64,000 bases of DNA from an uncultured Actinomycetes bacterium (GCA_964640085.1 CAZXFA010000001.1:67586-131585); one strand, 5' to 3'; shown: positions 45,501 to 55,228, counted from the stretch's first letter. The notes: generated by a model from the letters alone, not told the origin. Program-made: numbers and translations.

Positions 45501-46775
45501 TCAGCCGGGGAAGGACGCCGCCGCCTCAGCGATCGCGTCGATCTCCTCGGCCCCGTGCGCGGCCCCGAGCGTCCACAGCTCGTAGCCCGAGGGCGGTAGC
45601 AGCACGCCACGTTCGAGCAGGTGGTGGAAGAACCGCGCGTACCGCTCGTGGTCGGCGGCACGGGCGTCTCCGAAGTCCCGGACCGGGCCATCGGCGAAGA
45701 ACACGCTGAGCATCGACTCGGCGCGGTTGATCGTCGCCGCGATCCCCGCCGCGTCGAAGGTCTCCTCCAGGCGCCACGCGAGCTCGGCCGCCATCGCCGC
45801 GAGCGCCGGGTACGGCTCGAGCGACCTCGCGAGGTCGAGCGCGGCGATCCCCGCCGCCACGGCGACCGGGTTCCCGCTCAGGGTTCCCGCCTGATACACG
45901 GGTCCAACCGGTGCCAGGTGCTCCATCAGGTCGCGGCGGCCGCCGAAGGCGGCGCACGGGAAGCCGCCGCCCATCACCTTCCCGAGCACGGTGAGATCGG
46001 GGGCGACCGCGTAGTGGCTCTGCGCGCCGCCGTATGCGACCCGGAACCCCGTGATCACCTCGTCGAACACGAGGAGCGCACCGGCTTCGGTGCAGACGGC
46101 CCGGAGCCCCTCGAGGAACCCGGGCTCGGGTGGGACCACCCCCATGTTGGCGGCCACGGGCTCGACGATCACCGCGGCGATCTCGTCCCCGCGCTCCGCG
46201 AAGAGCGCCCGGACCGCCTCCAGGTCGTTGTACGGCAGGGTGATCGTGTCGGCGGCGGCGCCCGGCGTCACCCCCGGCGAGCCCGGGATCCCGAGCGTCA
46301 CCACGCCGGACCCGGCGCCCTGGGCGAGCAGCCCGTCGGAGTGCCCGTGGTAGCAGCCGGCGAACTTCACGACCCGCTCCCGGCCGGTGGAACCGCGGGC
46401 CAGTCGGATCCCGCTCATCGCCGCCTCGGTCCCCGAGGAGACCAGCCGCACCATCTCGACGCCGGGCATCGCCTCGACGATCCTCTCGGCGAGCTCCACC
46501 TCGAGCTCGGTCGGGGTGCCGAACGACGTCCCGCGATCCATCGCCGCCCTGGCCGCCTCCACGATCTCGGGCCGCGCGTGTCCGAACAGCAGGGCCCCCC
46601 AGGACTGCACGAGGTCGACGTACCGGTTCCCGTCGGCGTCGAACACATACGCGCCCGCCCCGCGGTGAACGAACCGCGGGGTGCCGCCCACGGCCCCGAA
46701 CGCGCGGACTGGGGAATCGACCCCGCCCGGGATCACCGAGCGGGCGCGTTCGAACAGCTCCTCGGACCGTCCCAC
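45501..46775 (-). CDS. hemL: glutamate-1-semialdehyde 2,1-aminomutase
   Basis: ...[14 protein letters not shown]..., ...[13 protein letters not shown]..., PLP-lysine context [14 protein letters not shown]. Confidence 0.95.
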   Translation of the reverse strand: MGRSEELFERARSVIPGGVDSPVRAFGAVGGTPRFVHRGAGAYVFDADGNRYVDLVQSWGALLFGHARPEIVEAARAAMDRGTSFGTPTELEVELAERIVEAMPGVEMVRLVSSGTEAAMSGIRLARGSTGRERVVKFAGCYHGHSDGLLAQGAGSGVVTLGIPGSPGVTPGAAADTITLPYNDLEAVRALFAERGDEIAAVIVEPVAANMGVVPPEPGFLEGLRAVCTEAGALLVFDEVITGFRVAYGGAQSHYAVAPDLTVLGKVMGGGFPCAAFGGRRDLMEHLAPVGPVYQAGTLSGNPVAVAAGIAALDLARSLEPYPALAAMAAELAWRLEETFDAAGIAATINRAESMLSVFFADGPVRDFGDARAADHERYARFFHHLLERGVLLPPSGYELWTLGAAHGAEEIDAIAEAAASFPG

Positions 46776-46788
46776 CGGACCTCCGAGC

Positions 46789-47931
46789 CTAACGGAGGGA
46801 CTCGATCACGAGGCCCGCGGCGCCACCGGCCAGGACGAGCCACAGCGAGTTCGGTCGCCACAGGATCAGCGCCGCGCCCGCCAGCAGCGCGAGCGCGGCG
46901 GTGGGGACGTCGACGATTGCCTCCAGGGCGATCCGCCAGGTCACCGCCGCCATCAGCGCGAGCGCGGCGACCGCCACCCCGTCGAGCAGCGCGCCGAGCC
47001 AGCGGGAGGCCCGCATCCTGGGGATCAGCGGGGCGGTGGCGGCCACGAAGACGAACGACGGGAGGAAGATCGCCGCGGTGGCCAGGAGAGCGGCGGGGAG
47101 CCCGAGGACCACGTACCCGACGAACGTCGCCGTGGTGAACAACGGGCCGGGCGTGAGCTGCCCGATCGCGACGGCATCGACGAGCTGTCGCTCGGTCAGC
47201 CAGCCGAGCCGCTCGACGAGGCCGGCACGCAGGAACGCGAGCAGCACGTAGCCGCTGCCGTACAGCACGGCACCGATCTTCAGGAACGTCAGGAACAGGC
47301 GCAGGAGCGCGGGCTCGGCGGCGGGCGCGGCCGCGAGCAGCGGGATCGACAGACCCCACGGCGCGATCGCCGACGACCCCAGGCGAGCGATCGATCCTGC
47401 GTTCCGCGTCAGCGCGACGAACAGCCCCGCGCCGAACAGCAGCACCAGCTCGTTCACGCCGAGGAACGACAGGACCAGGGAGACCAGGCCCACGGCCGCG
47501 AGGAGCGGACCTCGCACCGCCGTCCGCCCGAGCCTCCAGAGGGCCTGCACGACGATCGCGACGATCACCGGCCCTATCCCGTACAGGAGCGCCTGGCCCC
47601 CGGGGGTGGACCCGTACTCGACATACGCCCAGGCCAGCATGAGCACGATCAGACTCGCCGGCACGATGAAGGACGCACCGGCGAGGATGAGTCCCGCCGC
47701 TCCGGCGCGTCGGCGCCCGAGGTGGATCGCCAGCTCCGTGGAGTTCGGCCCGGGGATCAGGTTCACCGCCGCGATGAGGTCGAGGAGCTCCCGCTCGTGG
47801 ATCCAGCCGCGGCGGGTGACGACCTCATCGTGCATCATCGCCGTGTGGGCGGCCGGGCCCCCGAACGCGGTGAACCCCAGGCGGGTGAACAGGCGGGCCA
47901 CCTCGAGCAGGCGACCCCGCCGGCCGTTCAC
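46789..47931 (-). CDS. chrA: chromate-ion-transporter (ChrA) family membrane protein, two tandem ChrA domains
   Basis: Both halves carry the ChrA signature (...[19 protein letters not shown]... and ...[19 protein letters not shown]...[17 protein letters not shown]). 380 aa. Confidence 0.8.
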   Translation of the reverse strand: MNGRRGRLLEVARLFTRLGFTAFGGPAAHTAMMHDEVVTRRGWIHERELLDLIAAVNLIPGPNSTELAIHLGRRRAGAAGLILAGASFIVPASLIVLMLAWAYVEYGSTPGGQALLYGIGPVIVAIVVQALWRLGRTAVRGPLLAAVGLVSLVLSFLGVNELVLLFGAGLFVALTRNAGSIARLGSSAIAPWGLSIPLLAAAPAAEPALLRLFLTFLKIGAVLYGSGYVLLAFLRAGLVERLGWLTERQLVDAVAIGQLTPGPLFTTATFVGYVVLGLPAALLATAAIFLPSFVFVAATAPLIPRMRASRWLGALLDGVAVAALALMAAVTWRIALEAIVDVPTAALALLAGAALILWRPNSLWLVLAGGAAGLVIESLR

Positions 47932-47947
47932 CCGTCGGGGACCAGCG

Positions 47948-48928
47948 TCAGACGGCGAGCCACTCGGCCGCGTCCTTCGCGTGGTACGTGAGGACGAGGT
48001 CGGCGCCCGCGCGCCGGATCGAGGTCAGGACCTCGAGGACCGCCTTGCGTTCGTCGAGCCAGCCGTTGCGGGCGGCGGCCTTGAGCATCGCGTACTCGCC
48101 CGAGACGTTGTAGGCAGCCATCGGGAACCGGGTCTCGTCCTTCGCTCTGTGGAGCACGTCGAGGTAGGGCAGGGCGGGCTTCACCATCACCACATCGGCG
48201 CCCTGCTCGATGTCGGCCCGGATCTCGCGGATCGCCTCGTCGGCGTTCGGCGGGTCCATCTGGTAGCCGGCGCGGTCGCCGAACCGCGGGGCGCACTCGG
48301 CCGCCTCGCGGAACGGACCGTAGAACGCCGAGGCGAACTTAGCCGCGTAGGCCATGATCCCCACCCGTTGGAACCCAGCGGCGTCGAGCGCCTCCCGGAT
48401 CGCCCCGACCTGGCCGTCCATCATCCCGCTCGGGCCGACCATGTGGGCGCCCGCCTCGGCCTGCGCCACCGCGATCCGCACGTAGCGCTCGAGCGTGGCG
48501 TCGTTGTCGACGTCCCCCTCGTCGTCGAGGACGCCGCAGTGGCCGTGGTCGGTGTACTCGTCCAGGCAGAGGTCGGCGATCAGGACGTGGTCGTCGCCGA
48601 GCTCCTCGCGGAGGAGGCGGAGCGCCCGCTGTGCGATGCCCTCGGGGCTCCACGCCTCCGAGCCCTCGGGGTCCTTCCGCTCGGGGACGCCGAAGAGCAT
48701 CAACGCGACCACGCCGCGGCTCGCGATGTCCACCGCCTCCTTCCGGAGGGACTCGAGCGTGTGCTGGAACTGGCCCGGCATCGCCTCGATCGCCACCGGC
48801 TCGGACACAGCCTCCTTCACGAAGAGCGGGGCGATCAGGTGGCGCGGGGCGGGCTCGGTCTCGCGCACGAGCGCGCGCAGTGCTGGGGTCCGGCGGAGCC
48901 TCCTCGGTCGCTGCGTCGGATACGGCAT
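47948..48928 (-). CDS. hemB: porphobilinogen synthase (delta-aminolevulinic acid dehydratase)
   Basis: MPYPTQRPRRLRRTPALRALV... from ATG 48928 (an internal Met of track ORF 47948..49222). Active-site lysines ...AYAAKFASAFYGPFR... and ...VVMVKPALPYLD.... Confidence 0.95.
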   Translation of the reverse strand: MPYPTQRPRRLRRTPALRALVRETEPAPRHLIAPLFVKEAVSEPVAIEAMPGQFQHTLESLRKEAVDIASRGVVALMLFGVPERKDPEGSEAWSPEGIAQRALRLLREELGDDHVLIADLCLDEYTDHGHCGVLDDEGDVDNDATLERYVRIAVAQAEAGAHMVGPSGMMDGQVGAIREALDAAGFQRVGIMAYAAKFASAFYGPFREAAECAPRFGDRAGYQMDPPNADEAIREIRADIEQGADVVMVKPALPYLDVLHRAKDETRFPMAAYNVSGEYAMLKAAARNGWLDERKAVLEVLTSIRRAGADLVLTYHAKDAAEWLAV

Positions 48929-49009
48929 GCGGCCTATGGTAGTTGGGGAGCGACCGTCGCGGCTGCCACGGATCCGAAGAGGAGGGACCACGTCGCGACC
49001 GAGGACCTG

Positions 49010-49285
49010 TTGGGCGGGTACGTCACGACCGAGCTCGGGATGGTCTCCGGGCGGCACCATCACGGCGGCCAGCAGACCCTGATCCACGTCATCAGCGGGT
49101 CGGTGCGGATGGCGTTCGGCACCCATCCCTCCGAAGTGGTCGAGGCTGGCCCGGCCGACTTCGTCTTCGTCGCCGAGCCGGAGGTGCACCGCGAGCGCGA
49201 TCCCGGCTCGGAGCCCGCGCACGTGATCGTCGTGCGGGGTGGGACGGGCGAGTCGGTGTTCGACGTGGAGGGTCCGGCCGACTAG
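49010..49285 (+). CDS. small cupin-domain protein (81-91 aa)
   Basis: In the frame of track ORF 47606..49285. G-x5-HxH...Q motif GRHHHGGQQTLIHVISG and second motif ...AGPADFVFVAEPEVHRE. GAGGAGGG at 48979..48986. Start is either TTG 49010 or ATG 49040; uncertain. Confidence 0.45.
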   Translation: MGGYVTTELGMVSGRHHHGGQQTLIHVISGSVRMAFGTHPSEVVEAGPADFVFVAEPEVHRERDPGSEPAHVIVVRGGTGESVFDVEGPAD

Positions 49286-50031
49286 GTTCGGACCAGGGCC
49301 CGCCGGACCGCCGCGACCACCCCGTCCATCGTGTGAGGGCGGGCGACCGCGGCGACGCGGAAGCCGCGGGCGCGCGCCTCCCTCGCCGTGACCGGGCCGA
49401 TGCAGATCACCTTCGGATCCTCTCTGATGCGGCCGAGCGCCCGGACGAACCCGCGGACCGTCGATGCGCTGGTGAAGGTGACCGCATCGACGTCACCGCG
49501 GCGGAGGGCCTCCCGGGCGTCCACGGGCAACGATCGAGCGAACCGCGTCCGGTAGGCGGTGACGCGCGTCGGTCGCCAGCCCTTGGCGGCCAACGCCTCC
49601 TCGAGCCCCTCGGGCGCGATGTCCGCCCTCGGACACAGCACCCGTCCGGACCCACGGGGGAACGCTCGGGCGAGCGCGGCGGTGGTGAACGTGCGCGGTA
49701 CCAGATCGGGATCGCGACCCGACCAGCGTCGGAACGCCTCGCGCGTCCCCTCGCCCACCACGGCGACCCGGGCGGGGAGCTCGCGGCGACCGAGCCGTTC
49801 GGCGAGGATCGCGATGGCCCTCGGGCTCGTGAGCGTCACCCAGGCGAACCCCCCCTGCGCGAGCTCGCCGATCGCGCGCGTGAGCGCCACGCTCCGGGAG
49901 GGGACGATCTCGATCGCCGGAGCCACGAGGACGCGGGCGCCGAGCCACCGGAGCGGCCGGGCGAGCTCCTCGGCCTCGTCGACGGGGCGGGTTACGAGCA
50001 CCGTCCGCCCCGACAGCGGCCTCGGGGTCAT
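49282..50031 (-). CDS. hemD: uroporphyrinogen-III synthase
   Basis: MTPRPLSGRTVLVTRP... from ATG 50031, overlapping the hemC stop (ATGA). 249 aa. Confidence 0.85.
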   Translation of the reverse strand: MTPRPLSGRTVLVTRPVDEAEELARPLRWLGARVLVAPAIEIVPSRSVALTRAIGELAQGGFAWVTLTSPRAIAILAERLGRRELPARVAVVGEGTREAFRRWSGRDPDLVPRTFTTAALARAFPRGSGRVLCPRADIAPEGLEEALAAKGWRPTRVTAYRTRFARSLPVDAREALRRGDVDAVTFTSASTVRGFVRALGRIREDPKVICIGPVTAREARARGFRVAAVARPHTMDGVVAAVRRALVRT

Positions 50032-50918
50032 CGCACCAGCGCCAGGATTTCGTCTGCGCCGGCGGCCCGAAGCTCCCGAGCGGCGACGTCGGCCGCCTCG
50101 GCCGGTGTCGGGGCCTCCACCGTGCACCGGGCCGTGCGCTCGCCGTCGGGCGAGAGGACGATCGCCGTCAACCGCACGCGGGCGTCGACGAGCTCGGCGA
50201 GGGCCCCGAACGGGAGGGCGCAGCCGCCCCCGAGCAGGGCCATCAGCGTGCGCTCCGCCTCGAGCGCGGTCCGGCTGGGTCCGTGGTCGAGCGCGGCCGC
50301 CGCCCCGAGCGTGCCTGCATCGTCTGCCCGGGCCTGGATTGCCAGGCACCCCTGGCCGGGGGCCGGAACCATCTCGGCCACCGACATGGGCGCCGCATGC
50401 TCCGGCACCACGCCCAGCCGGAGCAGCCCCGCCGCCGCGAGCACCAGCGCGTCGGTCTCGCCGTCCGTGAGCTTCCGGAGGCGCGTGTCCACGTTCCCCC
50501 GGAGGTCTCGCACGACCACGTCCGGGCGCCACCGGAGGACCTGCGCCCGGCGCCGCAGGGACGAGGTTCCCACCGCCTGGCCGGCCCGGAGCTCGCCGTC
50601 CGTCGTGATCAGCACGTCAAGTGGGGAGACCCGTTCGGGCACGGCCGCGAGCGAGAGATCCTCCTCGTCGGCGGCGGGCAGATCCTTGGCCGAATGGATC
50701 GCCAGGTCGACCTCGCCCCGGCGGAGCGCGTGCACGATCTCCGCGACGAACAGACCCTTCAGCCCCGCCGGACCGGTGGAGGCGCCGGCTCCGCGGTCGC
50801 CGGAGGTCTCGATCGGCACGAGCTCGGCTCGCAGACCAGCGGTCGCGAGCGCGTCGGCTACCTCCCGGGCCTGGGCGAGCGCCAGGCGGGAGCGCCGGGT
50901 CCCGATCCGGAGCGTCAC
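50028..50918 (-). CDS. hemC: hydroxymethylbilane synthase (porphobilinogen deaminase)
   Basis: VTLRIGTRRSRLALAQAREV... from GTG 50918, overlapping the hemA stop (GTGA). Cofactor-binding Cys in ...GGGCALPFG.... 296 aa. Confidence 0.9.
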   Translation of the reverse strand: MTLRIGTRRSRLALAQAREVADALATAGLRAELVPIETSGDRGAGASTGPAGLKGLFVAEIVHALRRGEVDLAIHSAKDLPAADEEDLSLAAVPERVSPLDVLITTDGELRAGQAVGTSSLRRRAQVLRWRPDVVVRDLRGNVDTRLRKLTDGETDALVLAAAGLLRLGVVPEHAAPMSVAEMVPAPGQGCLAIQARADDAGTLGAAAALDHGPSRTALEAERTLMALLGGGCALPFGALAELVDARVRLTAIVLSPDGERTARCTVEAPTPAEAADVAARELRAAGADEILALVR

Positions 50919-52180
50919 TCGGGCTCGAGCTCGAACAGCTCCGCGATGAGACGCGCGTGGGCGTCCTCGTCTCCGGGGCCCGAGAGCTCCTTCAGCCGGA
51001 CGATCGGATCGTGGAGGAGCTTGGCCACTACCCCCCGTGCGAGGGCGTGGACTGCCTCCCGCTCGTCGGGGGTGAGGTCGGCGAGCTGCGACCGGAAGCG
51101 CTCGAGCTCGGAGCCCACCACGGCGTCGCCCCGGCGTCGCAGGGCGTGGATCAGCGGGGCGAGCCGTTCGGAGCGTTTCCGCAGCACGAAGCGGTGCACC
51201 TCCTCGGCGACGATCCCGTGCGCCCGGGCGATGTCCTCGGCGGTCTCCGCCTCGTGGACCGCGACGGTCTCGCGCAGCCCCTCGATGTCGACCACGGCGA
51301 CCCCCGGCAGCTCGCGAGCGGCGGGGTCGACGTCGCGAGGCACGGCGAGGTCGAGGACGAACAACGGCCGGTCGCGTCCGCCGGAGCCCGAGGCCAGGAC
51401 CTCGGCGGAGATCACCAGCCCCGAGGCCCCGGTCGCGCTCACCACCAGGTCGGCCTGGGCGAGGGCGTCGGGCAGCTGTTCTAGGTGGCCGTGTTCCACC
51501 CCGGCGCGCTCGGCGAGGGCCCGAGCCCGCTCCAGCGAGCGGTTCAACACCCGGAGGGTGCCGACCCCGCGGTGCCGCAGGTGCTTCACGGCGAGCGCCG
51601 ACATCTGGCCAGCCCCGACGACCACCGCCGTCCGGCCCTCGAGGCCGCCCAGGCTCTCGGCGGCCAGGTCCGCCCCCGCCCGTACGAACGCGTCGGGCGC
51701 CGCGCCCACCGCGGTCTCGGCCCGGACCCGTCGCCCGGCCCGGGCGGCGGCGTGGAACAGCCCCGTGAGCGTGCGACCTGCCGTCCCCTCCGCCTGGGCC
51801 CGCCTCAGGGCCTCGCGGACCTGCGACTGGATCTGGGGCTCGCCCAACACCATCGAATCCAGCCCGCTCGCCACCGCGAACGCGTGCTCGGCTGCCTCCA
51901 GCTCGTAGTGCGAGTACAGGGGCTCGGCCAGTTCGTCGGGGTTCACCCCGCGGGTCTCGGACAGCAGGCGCTTCAACGCCTGGAACCCGGCGTGGTAGCT
52001 GGGGACGCTCGCGTAGACCTCGACGCGGTTGCAGGTGGACAGCACCACGGCCTCTTCGATCGCGGGATCGTCCGCGGCGCGCCGGAAGGCCTTGACCAGG
52101 TCGTCGTCGGAGAACGCGAGCCGGTCCAGGAGGTCGACCGTGGCGCGACGGTGCGAGACGCCGAGGGCGAGGATGGGCAT
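50915..52180 (-). CDS. hemA: glutamyl-tRNA reductase
   Basis: MPILALGVSHRRATV... from ATG 52180 (internal to track ORF 50915..52354). ...VVLSTCNRVEVY... (active-site Cys), NADPH Rossmann AVVVGAGQMSALAVKHL. Confidence 0.9.
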   Translation of the reverse strand: MPILALGVSHRRATVDLLDRLAFSDDDLVKAFRRAADDPAIEEAVVLSTCNRVEVYASVPSYHAGFQALKRLLSETRGVNPDELAEPLYSHYELEAAEHAFAVASGLDSMVLGEPQIQSQVREALRRAQAEGTAGRTLTGLFHAAARAGRRVRAETAVGAAPDAFVRAGADLAAESLGGLEGRTAVVVGAGQMSALAVKHLRHRGVGTLRVLNRSLERARALAERAGVEHGHLEQLPDALAQADLVVSATGASGLVISAEVLASGSGGRDRPLFVLDLAVPRDVDPAARELPGVAVVDIEGLRETVAVHEAETAEDIARAHGIVAEEVHRFVLRKRSERLAPLIHALRRRGDAVVGSELERFRSQLADLTPDEREAVHALARGVVAKLLHDPIVRLKELSGPGDEDAHARLIAELFELEPE

Positions 52181-52280
52181 GGTAGGGCCTGATTCTACGC
52201 ATCGACCCCTCGGTCGGGGGCGGGAGGGCTCGCGGTAGCATGCGCCCGGTCCCCACCGGAGGGGCCGGGGAGCCGGAGCG

Positions 52281-53378
52281 ATGGAACGAGGGAGGGCTCG
52301 TGATCTCGGGGTGGCGATCGGGACGTACCCCATCGGTCCCCGGAACGCGATCACGGACGTCGCGGGCGTCCGGGTGGGTCACGCCACGGTGGTCCGCGAT
52401 CCGTCGCCGGACGGGCGGGGCGCCGTCCGCACCGGCGTGACCGCGGTGTTCCCACACGACGGTCTCCCGTGGCTCGAACGCGTGTACGCCGGGACCCACG
52501 TGCTGAACGGCTACGGCGAGCTGATCGGGATCAACCAGATCCGGGAGTGGGGGCTCCTGCACTCGCCGGTCGTGATGACCAGCTCGCTCGCGATCGGCAA
52601 GGCCTACGACGCGACCGTCCGTTGGCGAACCGAGCGGCACGCGACGACCTCGCACGGTGGCGGCGACATGCCCGTGGTCACCGAGTGCGACGACTCGTTC
52701 CTGAACGACGTCACGACGTTCCCCCTGTCGGACGCCGACGTGTACGAGGCGCTGGATGCAGCGCGCGGCGGCGACGTGGCCGAGGGGTGCGTCGGCGCCG
52801 GTACCGGCATGCAGTGCATGGACTTCAAGGGTGGGATCGGCACCGCGTCTCGGATCGTGCCGGGCGGGTTCACGCTGGGCGCGCTGGTGCTGACGAACTT
52901 CGGCGAGCGGCGCGACCTGCGCATCGACGGCGTCCCGATCGGGCGGGAGATCGACGACCTGATGCCGGGCTCCCGCTCCGACGGCTCGTGCGTGGTGCTG
53001 GTGGCGACCGACGCGCCGCTGCTGCCCCACCATGCTCGCCGCCTCGCGGTGCGCGCGGGGCTCGGCCTGGCCCGAACGGGCTCCACGGCGCACGACGGCT
53101 CCGGCGAGCTCATGATCGCGTTCTCGACGGCCAACCGGATCCCGGTCGGGACCGAGGACGGCATCATCGACGTCCGCGCGATCCTCGACGGTTCCGCCGG
53201 GGAGCCGGAGCTGTTCGACCCCCTGTTCGCGGCGACCGTGGAGGCGGTCGAGGAGGCCGTGGTGAACGCCCTGTTCATCGCCGTCACGACGGTCGGCCGC
53301 GACGGGAACGTGCTCCACGCCCTCCCCCTCGACCGGACGCTCGAGCTCCTCGAGCGGCACGGTCGCCTCCCCCGCTAG
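52281..53378 (+). CDS. DmpA/OAT-like P1 (S58) family peptidase (L-aminopeptidase/D-esterase-like)
   Basis: ...MQCMDFKGGIGTASR... (the self-processing Gly-Ser nucleophile region of DmpA-family Ntn hydrolases). 365 aa. Confidence 0.8.
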   Translation: MERGRARDLGVAIGTYPIGPRNAITDVAGVRVGHATVVRDPSPDGRGAVRTGVTAVFPHDGLPWLERVYAGTHVLNGYGELIGINQIREWGLLHSPVVMTSSLAIGKAYDATVRWRTERHATTSHGGGDMPVVTECDDSFLNDVTTFPLSDADVYEALDAARGGDVAEGCVGAGTGMQCMDFKGGIGTASRIVPGGFTLGALVLTNFGERRDLRIDGVPIGREIDDLMPGSRSDGSCVVLVATDAPLLPHHARRLAVRAGLGLARTGSTAHDGSGELMIAFSTANRIPVGTEDGIIDVRAILDGSAGEPELFDPLFAATVEAVEEAVVNALFIAVTTVGRDGNVLHALPLDRTLELLERHGRLPR

Positions 53379-53464
53379 CGGCCCGAACGTCACGGGCCCC
53401 GCGGGCCGCTCGACCCCTTCCGAGACTCGCCCCGCGGGGCACGATGCGAACGGAAGGAGGCGCC

Positions 53465-54010
53465 ATGCACGGAGATGCGCTGCTCCACGAGATGGAGGCG
53501 CGGTTCGGCACGGTCGGAGGAGCGATGACCGCGAACGTGCTCACGCTCGATCCGGGGATGCGCGCGAGCGACGCCGCCCTCAGGCTCTCGAACGCCGGGG
53601 TGGCCGGCGCCCCGGTGGTGGAGGGTGGAGCGGTGGTGGGGATCGTCACGCTCCGCGACCTGCTCGAACGCGAAGGTCACATCGCGCCACAGACGAGCGG
53701 ACCCTTCCTGAGAGGGGAGCGGCACCTCGCCAACCTGAAGGTCGCCGAGGTGATGACGCGCGACGTGGTGACGATCCACCGCGACGAGACGCTGCTGCGC
53801 GCGGTCGACGTGATGGACGCGGTCGGCGTGAACCGGTTGCCGGTCGTGGACGAGGACGACCGCCCGATCGGGATCCTGGCCCGCGACGATGTGATCCGCG
53901 CGATCGCGCTCGCGATCCGGGAGCTGGGTCCGGTGGCTGTCACCCACCACGCTTCGGACGGGATCGGCCTGCAGGGGATCGGCCCGCTGCTCGCACCGCA
54001 CGTCAGCTGA
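53465..54010 (+). CDS. CBS-domain pair protein
   Basis: GGAAGGAGG lies 4 nt upstream of ATG 53465. Two CBS motifs (...VMTANVLTLDPGMRASDAALRL... and ...VMTRDVVTIHRDETLLRAVDVMDAVGVNRLPVVDEDDRPIGIL...). Confidence 0.8.
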   Translation: MHGDALLHEMEARFGTVGGAMTANVLTLDPGMRASDAALRLSNAGVAGAPVVEGGAVVGIVTLRDLLEREGHIAPQTSGPFLRGERHLANLKVAEVMTRDVVTIHRDETLLRAVDVMDAVGVNRLPVVDEDDRPIGILARDDVIRAIALAIRELGPVAVTHHASDGIGLQGIGPLLAPHVS

Positions 54011-54053
54011 GGCCGGTTGGGCCGGCCGACGGGCGTTCCGTAGAATCGGCCAC

Positions 54054-54143
54054 GGAGACGTGGCTGAGTGGCCGAAAGCAGCCGCCTGCTAAGCGGTTAG
54101 GGGGTGTTGAGCTCCCTCGCGCGTTCGAATCGCGCCGTCTCCG
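54054..54143 (+). tRNA. tRNA-Ser (anticodon GCT), class II
   Basis: Acceptor GGAGACG/CGTCTCC (perfect), anticodon stem GCCGC/GCGGT with loop CTGCTAA, long variable arm, T-arm GCGCG-TTCGAAT-CGCGC, discriminator G; CCA not encoded. Confidence 0.85.
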
Positions 54144-54221
54144 CTGGTAGAGCGTAGTTTCCACCGTCAGCGAGAGAGCCGCGTTTCTTGTCACTCTCGG
54201 CCCGGCGCAGTGTCCGGGCGT

Positions 54222-54917
54222 CTATCGGCAGGCACCCGTCGGCCTCGGAGCCGGATTCCGCTCGATCGCCACGTCCGGGTACAGGGTGCCCTGCCGGTCG
54301 GACGAGAAGATCGCCAGGTAGCCCGCACACCCCTCCGCCTGGTGGAAGACGCCGTCGCTGACTTCGGTTCGATCCTTCCAGGTGACCGCGCGCCAGCTGC
54401 AGAGGCCGGTCTTCCAGCAGACGTAGTCGTCGGTGCTCATGATGCGGACCGTCACGGGCACCGTGGCCCGGAACTTCAGGTGGTACGTGAACGTATCCGG
54501 CACCCCGCCCACGTACTCCCTGCCCGGAGTCAGCGGGCAGCCCTGTTCGGGCCCAGCGCCGCAGGAGTTCCAAAGCGGGAATCGCGGGTTGTCCAGACTC
54601 CCGACGGTCTCCTCGATCTGGTCCTGGAGCCGCTGGATCGAGTTCCGCAACGCGCGCCACCGACCAGCGAATCGCGCCGCCTCCTCGCTCTGATCCGCCA
54701 GCTCGCTCTTGAGGCGCTCGACCTCCATGACCGCCCTCTCGTGGAGCGGTTCCCACCGGCTCCGTTCGTCGCGGGCTCCGAGCCACATGCCGATGCTGAC
54801 GCCGCCGAGAAGCATCGCGATGGCGATGGCGCCGAAGGCGACGGCTCGTCCACGTCGGACCGGTCTCCTGGCCGGCTTCGGGGGTTCAGGGAGACGCGCT
54901 CCGAGCTGTTCTCCCAC
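54222..54917 (-). CDS. hypothetical single-pass membrane protein: short basic cytoplasmic N-terminus, TM, coiled coil, Cys-rich extracytoplasmic domain (231 aa)
   Basis: Product MGEQLGARLPEPPKPARRPVRRGR-AVAFGAIAIAMLLGGVSIGMWLG-...ERLKSELADQSEEAARFAGRWRALRNSIQRLQDQIEE...NSCGAGPEQGCPL...YVCWKTGLCSW...EGCAGY...TGAC. Lies between tRNA-Ser(GCT) and a partial duplicate of its 3' end. Confidence 0.5.
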   Translation of the reverse strand: MGEQLGARLPEPPKPARRPVRRGRAVAFGAIAIAMLLGGVSIGMWLGARDERSRWEPLHERAVMEVERLKSELADQSEEAARFAGRWRALRNSIQRLQDQIEETVGSLDNPRFPLWNSCGAGPEQGCPLTPGREYVGGVPDTFTYHLKFRATVPVTVRIMSTDDYVCWKTGLCSWRAVTWKDRTEVSDGVFHQAEGCAGYLAIFSSDRQGTLYPDVAIERNPAPRPTGACR

Positions 54918-55104
54918 GGGTAGACGCTAGCCTGAGAGCCCGGAGCTGTGAAGGCCGTGGCGGCAGCACGGAGGCGTCACGTGACCCCGGCGCGACCGGT
55001 CGCAACATGACCTCTCTGGGATCGGTGGTGTTGCCCTGACCTGCGGCGATGTCCGAACTCGCAGGCGGACGGCGTGCCCTGCCGTGCCGAGCCCGCAGGG
55101 TGCC

Positions 55105-55150
55105 GAGCTCCCTCGCGCGTTGGGATCGCGCCGTCTCTGCTGGTCGGCGT
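55105..55150 (+). repeat. direct repeat of the 3' ~35 nt of tRNA-Ser(GCT) plus ~10 nt downstream (copy 2; copy 1 = 54109..54155)
   Basis: 54109 GAGCTCCCTCGCGCGTTCGAATCGCGCCGTCTCCGCTGGTAGAGCGT versus 55105 GAGCTCCCTCGCGCGTTGGGATCGCGCCGTCTCTGCTGGTCGGCGT: 17/17, 13/13 and 6/6 identical blocks separated by 3-, 1- and 2-3-nt differences (about 40 of 46 positions identical). Confidence 0.7.
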
Positions 55151-55228
55151 GGTGCCCGCAGTGGGTGTGCATCGGAGCGGTCGATGGGTAAGGTGGAGGG
55201 GACCGCGACCGCGGAAGGAGGGAGCATC

